A DNA stretch of 32,000 bases. It comes from Candidatus Hermodarchaeota archaeon (GTDB lineage Archaea; Asgardarchaeota; Heimdallarchaeia; Hodarchaeales; Hodarchaeaceae). Location: positions 30,001 through 62,000 of the forward strand of contig JBHLKY010000019.1 of NCBI GenBank assembly GCA_048886185.1. The letters are read 5' to 3'. The position numbers were made by a program, and so were the translations under genes. Below, piece by piece: positions 1-8,705 of this stretch (the stretch's first letter is position 1; each line of letters begins with the position of its first letter). The notes below the pieces were generated by a model that did no database searches, had not been told where the DNA came from, and worked only from the letters and a program-made list of their open reading frames with translations.

Positions 1-2
1 TT

Positions 3-1073
3 CAGGTAGGAATCCGTAATGGGTTAATAATTATCAGCCGTGAAAATGATGTAGATGAATTAATGAGATCAGAAACTTTTAGCGGGCATAAACCACTAAT
101 AAAGGTAAATGAGCAGAATTTGCAAGGGCTTAATGAGCTAGCAAGTGAACTAGGAATAACTTCTGCTGACTTGGTAAATCAACGGATTTATGGTTATAAT
201 GGCAATCTTAGATTGGGAGAAAAAAGACGCAGAGCTATCATTCGCCGTCAACAAGTAATTGTGTTGAACCTCGATCTCATGAAGATTACTCATTTCCCTG
301 AAAATATCAATGGTGATCAATTCCCAACACTTAGGGGGTTAAGAATGGCTGGTTGTCAGTTGAGGGATGTTGATCTCTCCTCTCTGAGTTTAATCCCATC
401 TTTGGAGAAACTAGTGCTCACAAACAATGAAATTGATGAAATTGAGCTTTCAGCATTATCTAATCTCAAAAAATTGAGTGAATTACATATCGATAGTAAT
501 TTACTTGACCAAATTAACTTAAATCCCTTAAAGGATTTGAAATTGATAGAAACTCTAAATTTAAGTGGCAATGAACTAGAAGAAATTGACTTGAGTCCAT
601 TAAAAGATTTAAATTCCCTGAAGGAACTTTATCTCGATAATAACTATATTGAAAAGATCGATCTTGATCCTTTGAGTCAAAAAACAGGATTATTCCTATC
701 ATTGGAAAATAATCCTCTCCAGGATATCGATCTCGAACCACTATTTAATATTGACAATCTACACCTAGGTCTTCCTAGGGAACTTTCTCATAAAACACTA
801 GAACAAGTGCGAGCTCTCCAAGAAATGGGGGTTCAAATGTCCGTAAAACCACTGAGAAAATTAACTACTGGTGAAATATACAATTTACCATTCGAATTAC
901 AGGATTTAGCAATAACAATGCTCTCTTTAGTAGAGGGTACAGTAGATGAGATAGCTCAAGCTATCGATGTTCCCATAAACGAAGTGTTACCAAAAATTGA
1001 GACTCTTCAAATGATGGGATATATCGGAAAAATACAAAAAGGAGGAGAAACGGTCTATTTTCGATCACAATAG
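3..1073 (+). CDS. Leucine-rich-repeat protein with C-terminal winged helix-turn-helix domain (5'-truncated by window edge)
   Basis: The frame of ORF 63..1073 is open back to position 3 (QVGIRNGLIIISRENDVDELM...), so the true start probably lies outside the window. It has about 7 ~22-aa repeats of the form LxxLxLxxNxLxxIDLxPL and a C-terminal wHTH-like segment (LPFELQDLAITMLSLVEGTVDEIAQAIDVPINEVLPKIETLQMMGYIGKIQKGGETVYF). Confidence 0.85.
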   Translation, partial: QVGIRNGLIIISRENDVDELMRSETFSGHKPLIKVNEQNLQGLNELASELGITSADLVNQRIYGYNGNLRLGEKRRRAIIRRQQVIVLNLDLMKITHFPENINGDQFPTLRGLRMAGCQLRDVDLSSLSLIPSLEKLVLTNNEIDEIELSALSNLKKLSELHIDSNLLDQINLNPLKDLKLIETLNLSGNELEEIDLSPLKDLNSLKELYLDNNYIEKIDLDPLSQKTGLFLSLENNPLQDIDLEPLFNIDNLHLGLPRELSHKTLEQVRALQEMGVQMSVKPLRKLTTGEIYNLPFELQDLAITMLSLVEGTVDEIAQAIDVPINEVLPKIETLQMMGYIGKIQKGGETVYFRSQ

Positions 1074-1168
1074 AACTCCTTTGAATTTTCCTTTAAATGA
1101 ACATTTCACAAAATCAAATCAATAGTATTTTTCAAAAAATTTGTTACGATGAATAAGTCAGAAAGGTC

Positions 1169-2020
1169 ATGAATATGTCTAATAAACCTCTAAAAACATT
1201 ATCCATCATGTCTCACAAAGGAGGCGTGGGAAAAACTTCGATTGCTGTTAATATTGCTGTTTATTTAGCAAAAACAGGAAAAAACGTATGCTTGCTTGAG
1301 AATGATTTTCAAGGTCCTTCTCTGAATACTTGGTGGAAACCTGAAGTTACGTGGATAAACCATTACTTACTAGATAGTGCAAGTATAAATGATTGCCTGC
1401 AAAACATCTCTCCCAAATTGAATCTTCCAGGAAAGCTTCTTGTTGGATTTGCTGATCCTACTCCAGAGTCAATTCAAAGAAATATTCGAATAGATCAGGA
1501 AGATTCTATGAAAATGCTGCAAAATCTTGTAAGAGCTAAAACTACACTTAAAGAAGACCCTTATAAAATTGAATATCTTATCAATGACTGTTCTCCTGGT
1601 ATAGGCTATTCTGCTGTTAATGCAATGATAGCAGCAGATTCTAGTTTGTTTATTGTGAAGTTAAGCAATGCTGATATTATTGGTACTTCTCTAATGATTA
1701 AAGGTTTGTACAAGCAGCTAAAAAAACGAACTCTCGTATTAGCAAACCTAATTCCTAAAGAAGTCGTCAATGATGATGAAAAGAAGAAATTAGCTCAGGA
1801 ATTGGTGGAAAAGGCTTTAGTAGAACCCATTGGGGATTCTACTCACATTTTCCAGTTTACTGGGTGGATACCTACTGATAGCACTTTGATTTCCCTTGAG
1901 TTTGAACAAGCTTTAAAAACACTAAGTGGGGAGGACTCTTCTAGGATTATTTACACACTAGATCAGCCAGAGCATATTTTCTCAACAACACTCATGAAAA
2001 TGATCCCTGTGTTATTCTAA
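1169..2020 (+). CDS. MinD/ParA-family (SIMIBI) P-loop ATPase
   Basis: Deviant Walker A KGGVGKT with signature Lys, switch I LLENDFQGPSL, Walker B-like INDCSPG, and LANLIP near the NxV position. Confidence 0.9.
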   Translation: MNMSNKPLKTLSIMSHKGGVGKTSIAVNIAVYLAKTGKNVCLLENDFQGPSLNTWWKPEVTWINHYLLDSASINDCLQNISPKLNLPGKLLVGFADPTPESIQRNIRIDQEDSMKMLQNLVRAKTTLKEDPYKIEYLINDCSPGIGYSAVNAMIAADSSLFIVKLSNADIIGTSLMIKGLYKQLKKRTLVLANLIPKEVVNDDEKKKLAQELVEKALVEPIGDSTHIFQFTGWIPTDSTLISLEFEQALKTLSGEDSSRIIYTLDQPEHIFSTTLMKMIPVLF

Positions 2021-2023
2021 GAG

Positions 2024-2647
2024 TTATCCAGATTCATGATACGAAGGGATGAAATCCATCCATTTTGGCCTTTGAGTCAATGATTCTGATGACTTACTTA
2101 ATCGTTCTTCTTTGAAATCTTTGATAAAAACGATTATTTGTTTAAAAATGTTCTCCACTAATTCTACATCTTTTGAAGTACATTTAAAAGAGAGTTCACA
2201 CTCAAATCTCCGTGCAAAATTTTCAAGATAGACGTTACGTTCATCAATGGTTGCTATATCATACTTTGTCCCTATCAAAAACCGTGGCACATTCTTATCA
2301 AGAAACTCGATCCATTCAGGGAGTGCATACAATGACCCAATGTCAGTCAGATCAAAACATAGAAGAGCTCCATCAGCTCCCTCACAGAATCTCTTGAAAA
2401 CTACTCTCATGTTCTTGAATTGTTCTTGTCCTCCTAGGTCCCATAATTGTATTTTCGCATCAACCCCAATGCTTATTGAGAAGATCTTGGAGTGAAACTC
2501 GACTGCAATTGTCTGCCTAGCTTCGGAGTAAAACGAGTTATTAACAAAAGTTTTGGCAATGGTTGTTTTTCCCACTCCACCTTCACCCAGAATCACTAAT
2601 TTGAGGGGTTTATTTGGGTTTGACCGAATTGAATTGAAAAATCTCAT
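2024..2647 (-). CDS. Rab-like small GTPase (Ras superfamily)
   Basis: G1 GEGGVGKT, G2 QTIAVEF, G3 WDLGGQ, G4 GTKYD, G5-like CTSK. RabF-like motifs IAVEF, KIQLW and LCFDLT. No C-terminal Cys. Confidence 0.93.
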   Translation of the reverse strand: MRFFNSIRSNPNKPLKLVILGEGGVGKTTIAKTFVNNSFYSEARQTIAVEFHSKIFSISIGVDAKIQLWDLGGQEQFKNMRVVFKRFCEGADGALLCFDLTDIGSLYALPEWIEFLDKNVPRFLIGTKYDIATIDERNVYLENFARRFECELSFKCTSKDVELVENIFKQIIVFIKDFKEERLSKSSESLTQRPKWMDFIPSYHESG

Positions 2648-2672
2648 TACTTCAATACCCTTTCCTATGTTA

Positions 2673-3086
2673 TTAGATCAAACCAGCAAGCTTTTTTGCT
2701 GCTCGTTTCATATCAAGTAGAACCAGCCCTAATTTTGCATTTGTCTTTGCAATTCCTACTAAAACAGCATGTTCTCCTGCGTCACGAATGATTACTAGGC
2801 CATTTGTTCCTGAAATTATTACTTGATCCATTATACCTCGTTCCAATTCAAGCACAATTCGATCAGACAGAGACAGGCTGGCCGCTGTCATTGCACCAAT
2901 TCGATCTTCATCAACAGTAGTGAACAACATACTCGCAATAGATAATCCTTCTTTTGAAACAACAGCTAGTCCTTCTAAATCAGGAACCCGTGATTGGAGT
3001 TCCTGAAGAATTCTTTCAATTACTTGTAAACGACCTATCACATCAGAGTCGTGATTTGCTTCAAGATACATTAGAAATTCTTCCAT
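2673..3086 (-). CDS. Roadblock/LC7 (MglB-like) protein
   Basis: Typical pattern LAVVSKEGLSIAS...EDRIGAMTAASLSLSDRIVLELERGIMDQVIISGTNG...AGEHAVL...AKLGLVLLDMKRAAKKL. Lies 25 bp upstream of the GTPase on the same strand. Confidence 0.93.
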   Translation of the reverse strand: MEEFLMYLEANHDSDVIGRLQVIERILQELQSRVPDLEGLAVVSKEGLSIASMLFTTVDEDRIGAMTAASLSLSDRIVLELERGIMDQVIISGTNGLVIIRDAGEHAVLVGIAKTNAKLGLVLLDMKRAAKKLAGLI

Positions 3087-3201
3087 GAGTTGTAGGTATT
3101 ACTACTATGATTTGGAGGAATTTCTTTATAATAACCTAAAAATCAGTTAGCATCTAGTTTTCAATTAAAAAATGGTTAGGAACTGAAGAATAATGCTGAT
3201 A

Positions 3202-3741
3202 TTACTCTGAATCGGGGACTTTCAATCGTTCCCCGAGAGTGTAATAATTATAATCGCCTCCAATAGCCCAGATTATTGGATGTACTTTCCTTAGATCAAG
3301 CTTACCATCTGTAAGACTCTGTGGGTCTGCATATGATTTGATGACTCTTCCGATAATTCCCTCATTCCGCTCATAGTCGAGGATCTCCTTTACTTGACAT
3401 TCCATATTGATAGGACACTGACGAATCATGGGTGCGGTTTCTAATTCTCCGTAAAATGTATCAAAGAGCGAATCTTTATCATAATCTCTCCCAGATTTAC
3501 TTCCACAGATGTTAGTTTCAGCTAAAAGATCTACTGATGGAATATTTACACTAAATGTATTATTCTCGTGAATCCCAATTCTGGTATATCTTTTCTTGTA
3601 TAAGCTGAAGAAAATATACTTGCCAAAGTCAAATGGTGAAATATATCCTATAACTAAGTAGTTTGGTCGGCCATTGACTAAGGCGCCAACTAGCACGACT
3701 GGCAACGGACTCAACAAATTCCCTTTAAGTTCCTGCTTCAT
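3202..3741 (-). CDS. Flavin reductase-like / flavoredoxin family protein
   Basis: PLPVVLVG, FSVNIP, CGSKSGRDYDK and APMIRQCPINMECQV motifs of the FMN-binding split-barrel family. Confidence 0.85.
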   Translation of the reverse strand: MKQELKGNLLSPLPVVLVGALVNGRPNYLVIGYISPFDFGKYIFFSLYKKRYTRIGIHENNTFSVNIPSVDLLAETNICGSKSGRDYDKDSLFDTFYGELETAPMIRQCPINMECQVKEILDYERNEGIIGRVIKSYADPQSLTDGKLDLRKVHPIIWAIGGDYNYYTLGERLKVPDSE

Positions 3742-4105
3742 CAGACTCTTTTTTCCTTGTATGTCTTGATAATTGCGGGTGAAAATTCAATCATTCTACA
3801 TTATAGTAATAATAAAAGTTCCATCTACTAGGCAATGGTAGCAGAAAGGAAGAAAGAAAAAAAGTTAACAATACTAATTTCCTGTCTTATTAAGAAAAAA
3901 ACTCATAAAAGGAACTAGCGCATCTAAACTTTGAATTTTTATTGAAATCAAAGAGAAAAATACCTTTAGAATGCTTTGGGCTTTTATTTAAGTTTTAAGA
4001 GTTTTAATGGCTTACTGTGCTGAGGCAGATATTTCTTCGATGGGAAAAGTATTTGAATATAGGAGAAATATAATGGATATTCTGTAAATTTTAAGCATCT
4101 AAATA

Positions 4106-7100
4106 ATGGAAGTGAAAAAAATGAAGCTAAGAAGATTTTTCTTGACATTACTAATACTCCTGTTTTTATTTGGTATGAATTATTGGGATAGAGGACAAGA
4201 GTTTCAATCTCATGGTTTTGATTCACAAGAGTTTGATATCCAACTCTTCACACAACAACCTTCTAGAACCAAAGTTACTAAGATTAATGCCCCCATTAAT
4301 GTTGCATGTGTTTTTGCAATAGGTGGTCTTGGAGATTTAGGATTTAACGATATGGTTTATAGAGGTTTACAAAAAGCTGAGACTGATGGATTGTGTACCT
4401 TTACTTATTCAGAACCAAGTAATTTAGGTCAAATCCAAGGTTTTTTGGAAGGGTATGCTAGTTCCGGAAGTTATGATTTGATTGTAGCTGTTGGATTTGC
4501 GCAGAAAACCGCTGTAAATGAAACTGCAAAGGTGTATCCTACTCAAGCGATCGTTTTAATTGACGATATTGTTGAACAAGGGAATGTACGTTCAGTACTA
4601 TTTAAGGAGAACGAGGGATCATTCCTTGTTGGAGCCCTTGCTGGTCTAATGACCAACACAGGTAGAATTGGATTTCTAGGGGGAATGGACATTGAATTAA
4701 TTCGTAGATTTTGGGCCGGATATACTGCTGGAGCCATGTTTGTAAATAATAATAGCTGCATAGAAGTTATCGAAAACTTCGTTGGGTCATTCAATGATCC
4801 AACCACAGGTAAATCAATGGCTGAAGCTATGTGGAATGAAAGCGCTGACATTGTTTTTGCTGCTGCAGGAGAGAGTGGAACTGGTGCCCTAGAGTCAGTC
4901 AGTGAACAGGGAGAAGGATATTATGGCATTGGTATTGATGTCGATCAGGATTTTCTTTTTCCTGGAGATATTCTCTGTTCTATGATGAAAAGAATGGATA
5001 TTGCGGTTTACAAATCAATTAGAGATGTTTTTGAAGGTAGGTGGAGTTCTGATCCCCAATTATTAGGATTAGCTGATGATGGTGTGGGAATTAGCCCATT
5101 AGTGTACACCAAAGAAAAAATTGGTTCTGATTTCATTCAAGAAGTCAATGTCACTCTTCGAAATAAGATTATTAGTGGAGAAATTGTTGTTCCTATTAAT
5201 CATAGTACTTTGAGTCAATGGATAATGGATATGGGTATTAAGAATAAGACTTACTCTCCTCATGGGCCAATTTGGATTAGTTCAAGTGATCAATTTGGTA
5301 CCATGGGATTTAATGGTTCCGGTAGTATCAGTGATCCTTATGTGATTGAAGGATTATACATTAATGACTCAAGTGGACCTTTAATCGGGATAGATGGGAT
5401 AACTGATCATTTTCTGATCACGAATAATCTCTTAAATGGCTTAGATACAACAGGTCAAGGAATCTCTTTAACTTATTGTCAGAATGGTTTGATAACTGAC
5501 AACACCATTATCAGAACAAATGACGGAATCAGGCTTGATTACTCTGATTTTAACACCGTTACCGATAATGTCGTTTTTAACAACAGTTATGGCATTATGA
5601 TTGATAGTTCCTCCGATAGCAATACAATTTCATACAATACCCTTTTTCATAACAGACACGATGGTATTGCAGTGGGAGGCGCTGGAGGGTCTCATATGAA
5701 TACCATTTCTCACAATACCCTGTATAATAATGTTGATACTGGAATGTGGCTTTCAGATTCTACTGACAATCTCGTCCTTGCCAATGAAATTTTTGATAAT
5801 GGAAATGGAATAATACTTGGGGCTTCGAATCTCAACGTTATCGTGGCAAACAACATTTCCAAGAGTACTTGGAGTGGAATTCTTATTGGCGATTCGTCAA
5901 ATAGTAGCCTTATCCTGGAAAATAGGATTTTTAGGAATGGATACAATGGAATTCAAGTTGTAGGAAGTTCCTTTAATACAGAAATTGCCCTTAATACAAT
6001 ATATGATAACCTAGGTTGGGCGGGTATTGAACTTGGATCTTCTATCGGAGGTATTGTGGATGGTAATATTATCTATAATCATCCGAATGGAAACGGAGTT
6101 ACTCTTGGTTATTGGGACATGGTACTAGATTGGAGCGATTATCAGGTTATTAATAATGTGATTTTCAACAGCAGGTACCGAGGTATCCGTATTGAATTCT
6201 CTAACGGGAATTTAATTGAAGGAAATACCGCTCTTAATAATCAAGAGGAAGGAATATGGGCAGCCATGTCAACTGATTTAATTATCATAAGTAACATTGT
6301 AGAAAATAACCTTTGGAATGGTATTGGGCTAGAATCCAGCGCTAATTGCCTGATCGAGAATAATAACATCTCTAATAATATCCAATATGCGGTTATTCTT
6401 AGCCAATGTGGGTCTATTGAGATTTATAGAAATAATTTCATTGGAAATGGGGCAGGAAACATCCCTGCAGGTAGTCCTCAGGTTTTAAACGATGAAGGAT
6501 CAAATAATGCCTTTATGTTTAACTATTGGGATGACTGGACCAGTCCTGATAGCGATTTTGATGGTTATGTGGATAATCCATATTTTGTTGATGGAAGTGG
6601 TCGGGATTCTTATCCCCTTGCTACTTGGAATCCTCCCCTAAGTCATCTTATATCCAATCCGACAGTCTTACATCCTAGTGGTGGTGAGACAATTAGAGGT
6701 ATCGTAACCATTCGATGGGCAGCTTCAGTGGATTATTTCACTGACGACATTACCTACTCCGTATTTTACTCAGATGATGGAGGAACTGGATGGTCAATGA
6801 TAGCTTCAGGTTTAGAAACAACATCCTATCTCTGGGATACCAACGATGTTCTTGATAGTGCGTTCTATAAGATCAAAGTATTAGCAACTTGTTCCTTAGA
6901 GTATTCAAATGAAAATATTGGAGATCTTTTTTCTATCCAAAATGATGTTCCAATCACAACAATCCCTTCCTCAACAACAACTATTGCTGTTCCGCTTACA
7001 ACCACTACTGGGGTTCTAGAACCTACCACTTCAGCAGAGGTCCCCACAGTACCTACATCTGGAATGACTGGAATCATTGCTTTCTTAGGGATTTTCTCTG

Positions 7101-7135
7101 TACTTTTGTGGAAGAAAAAGAAACCGAAACTTTAA
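4106..7135 (+). CDS. Cell-surface fusion protein: BMP/PnrA-type solute-binding domain + CASH/NosD right-handed beta-helix + Ig/FnIII-like domain + Thr-rich linker + C-terminal TM anchor
   Basis: N-terminal signal peptide; BMP motifs GGLGDLGFN, FKENEGSFLVGALAG, IGFLGGM, GSFNDPTTGK, GIDVDQD and SMMKRMDIAV; many NxIxxNxxxGI beta-helix repeats; NYWDDW...DGYVDNPY...DSYPL; SVFYSDDGGTGW; TTT-rich linker; hydrophobic helix followed by KKKK. Confidence 0.88.
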   Translation: MEVKKMKLRRFFLTLLILLFLFGMNYWDRGQEFQSHGFDSQEFDIQLFTQQPSRTKVTKINAPINVACVFAIGGLGDLGFNDMVYRGLQKAETDGLCTFTYSEPSNLGQIQGFLEGYASSGSYDLIVAVGFAQKTAVNETAKVYPTQAIVLIDDIVEQGNVRSVLFKENEGSFLVGALAGLMTNTGRIGFLGGMDIELIRRFWAGYTAGAMFVNNNSCIEVIENFVGSFNDPTTGKSMAEAMWNESADIVFAAAGESGTGALESVSEQGEGYYGIGIDVDQDFLFPGDILCSMMKRMDIAVYKSIRDVFEGRWSSDPQLLGLADDGVGISPLVYTKEKIGSDFIQEVNVTLRNKIISGEIVVPINHSTLSQWIMDMGIKNKTYSPHGPIWISSSDQFGTMGFNGSGSISDPYVIEGLYINDSSGPLIGIDGITDHFLITNNLLNGLDTTGQGISLTYCQNGLITDNTIIRTNDGIRLDYSDFNTVTDNVVFNNSYGIMIDSSSDSNTISYNTLFHNRHDGIAVGGAGGSHMNTISHNTLYNNVDTGMWLSDSTDNLVLANEIFDNGNGIILGASNLNVIVANNISKSTWSGILIGDSSNSSLILENRIFRNGYNGIQVVGSSFNTEIALNTIYDNLGWAGIELGSSIGGIVDGNIIYNHPNGNGVTLGYWDMVLDWSDYQVINNVIFNSRYRGIRIEFSNGNLIEGNTALNNQEEGIWAAMSTDLIIISNIVENNLWNGIGLESSANCLIENNNISNNIQYAVILSQCGSIEIYRNNFIGNGAGNIPAGSPQVLNDEGSNNAFMFNYWDDWTSPDSDFDGYVDNPYFVDGSGRDSYPLATWNPPLSHLISNPTVLHPSGGETIRGIVTIRWAASVDYFTDDITYSVFYSDDGGTGWSMIASGLETTSYLWDTNDVLDSAFYKIKVLATCSLEYSNENIGDLFSIQNDVPITTIPSSTTTIAVPLTTTTGVLEPTTSAEVPTVPTSGMTGIIAFLGIFSVLLWKKKKPKL

Positions 7136-7200
7136 TGATCATAAGTGATCATTTTCTCTTTTTTTCCATGCTAAAGAATTATTAGCAAAGATTTCGCGGG

Positions 7201-7791
7201 CTAGATGGCTAATAGTTTATTCACACAGGTTTTAAACCGAAGATATATCTGTTCATCGGCGATTGTGTTTGTTCCTGACACAAAAGCACAAGAAAGCGAC
7301 TTATAATACCATTTTTGTTTTTCCTTTGGTGCATTGAATCTTTTCCATAATTTGTCTCCTACATTGTTGTAATCCTCTAGTATATCCTGAATATTTGATA
7401 ATTTATCAGCGCAAGCAAGTAGCTTTTGATCTTTATTTGCTCTTGAAATAAAATCTATGGTATATTGTTTTCGTTTTTGCCATGAAGTCTTGGGATTAAG
7501 CTTTCTCAGCTCTGCTGGCTCTGAAGCTCCTCCTACAAGCATATATACCTCTTCACCAAACTGATCCTTGATCTTTGATAATCCAATCCCTGCATCCTCT
7601 ATCACATCATGAAGAAGACCCGCTATTATTAGATCTTCAGAAGCATTGGCTTTCATAAGAATCAATGCAACTTCTAAGGGGTGAACAATATAGGGAATAT
7701 TCTTCGCTTTTCTTGTAGCATCCCCATGAACCTTAAACGCAAAATCAAATGCTTTTGGAATCTTGGAATTTATTTTGAACATTCCTTTCAC
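7201..7791 (-). CDS. Stand-alone HD-domain hydrolase of the RelA/SpoT hydrolase (MESH1/SAH-like) type
   Basis: HGDATRK...PYIVHPLEV, GLLHDVIED and ADKLSN motifs; no synthetase domain. Confidence 0.85.
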   Translation of the reverse strand: MKGMFKINSKIPKAFDFAFKVHGDATRKAKNIPYIVHPLEVALILMKANASEDLIIAGLLHDVIEDAGIGLSKIKDQFGEEVYMLVGGASEPAELRKLNPKTSWQKRKQYTIDFISRANKDQKLLACADKLSNIQDILEDYNNVGDKLWKRFNAPKEKQKWYYKSLSCAFVSGTNTIADEQIYLRFKTCVNKLLAI

Positions 7792-7804
7792 TTCTTTTAA
7801 GCTG

Positions 7805-8581
7805 TTACACCTGAATAACTTCGATTTCCAATTCTGATAACCAAGTTCTAATCTGTTGTTTGCGTTTCATACTCTTTTTGTCAAACAGAGCAAATTTAGG
7901 AGTAGGAAAAGTCTTCTGAATCATTTGGTGAATCAAAGCTTTAGTCAATGATGGAATTGCATATTTTGCACATATATGACCAAAAGCATATTCAGATTCC
8001 AGCATGTATTGTGTGAACTTTGTGGCATAATGATTCCCGCCAAAACCAATAACAGAAATCCATGTGGGGTCAAAATCCATTTTATTGAACATTATGTTGT
8101 TTATAGCATCTGCAATGAGACGACATGCTTCAAGGTCATTCCACTGAGGTTCAGAAGAGCCTATTTCAATAAAGACTATTGATGGTATGGAAAATGGACC
8201 ATGATGAGTAACTTCTAAGCTTGTTTCATAATCAAATAATGGTTTGTAAGCTTCCGTAATCCTCAACTCATTAATATTCAGTAAGAGTTTTTTCATAAGA
8301 AAGGAATGGCATCCGACCAGTGTACAATCTTTTCCCCCAAATTCTGCTTTTCTATAATTTCCAATCGAATGAACTGTGAAACTAGGGCGTAAGCTTTGAG
8401 CAGAATGACGAGAAAGGTAGATGATCAAAGCATTTGAGGGAATTCTGTCAGCAATTACTTCATCTGAATAAATTGATATAGCCTCAACAATTTTCACTTT
8501 GCTTTGCAGATTAGAATGGATATATCGAGCAATGTTCATCCCTGCGATATCCTTACGACTAGCTAATAGGCAGATATCCAT
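7805..8581 (-). CDS. dtdA: Archaeal-type D-aminoacyl-tRNA deacylase
   Basis: SxxDIAGMNI, LSRH, PSFTVHSIGN, LEVTHHGP, FIEIGSSEPQW, GFGGNHY and GHICAKY motifs. Confidence 0.9.
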   Translation of the reverse strand: MDICLLASRKDIAGMNIARYIHSNLQSKVKIVEAISIYSDEVIADRIPSNALIIYLSRHSAQSLRPSFTVHSIGNYRKAEFGGKDCTLVGCHSFLMKKLLLNINELRITEAYKPLFDYETSLEVTHHGPFSIPSIVFIEIGSSEPQWNDLEACRLIADAINNIMFNKMDFDPTWISVIGFGGNHYATKFTQYMLESEYAFGHICAKYAIPSLTKALIHQMIQKTFPTPKFALFDKKSMKRKQQIRTWLSELEIEVIQV

Positions 8582-8705
8582 TTTTATCCTCTAAAATTTG
8601 GATTACTTGTATTTTATCTCGATATATAAGTATGAAAACAAAGCTTTTAACAAATAACGATTAATTAAATTAATAGATTTCTGAATTCTATGATTTTAGA
8701 TTATA

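Noticed and set aside
324-830. Periodic nucleotide similarity that could resemble a tandem repeat or CRISPR array
   Set aside because: Explained by 22-aa LRR coding repeats; no identical repeats with unique spacers.
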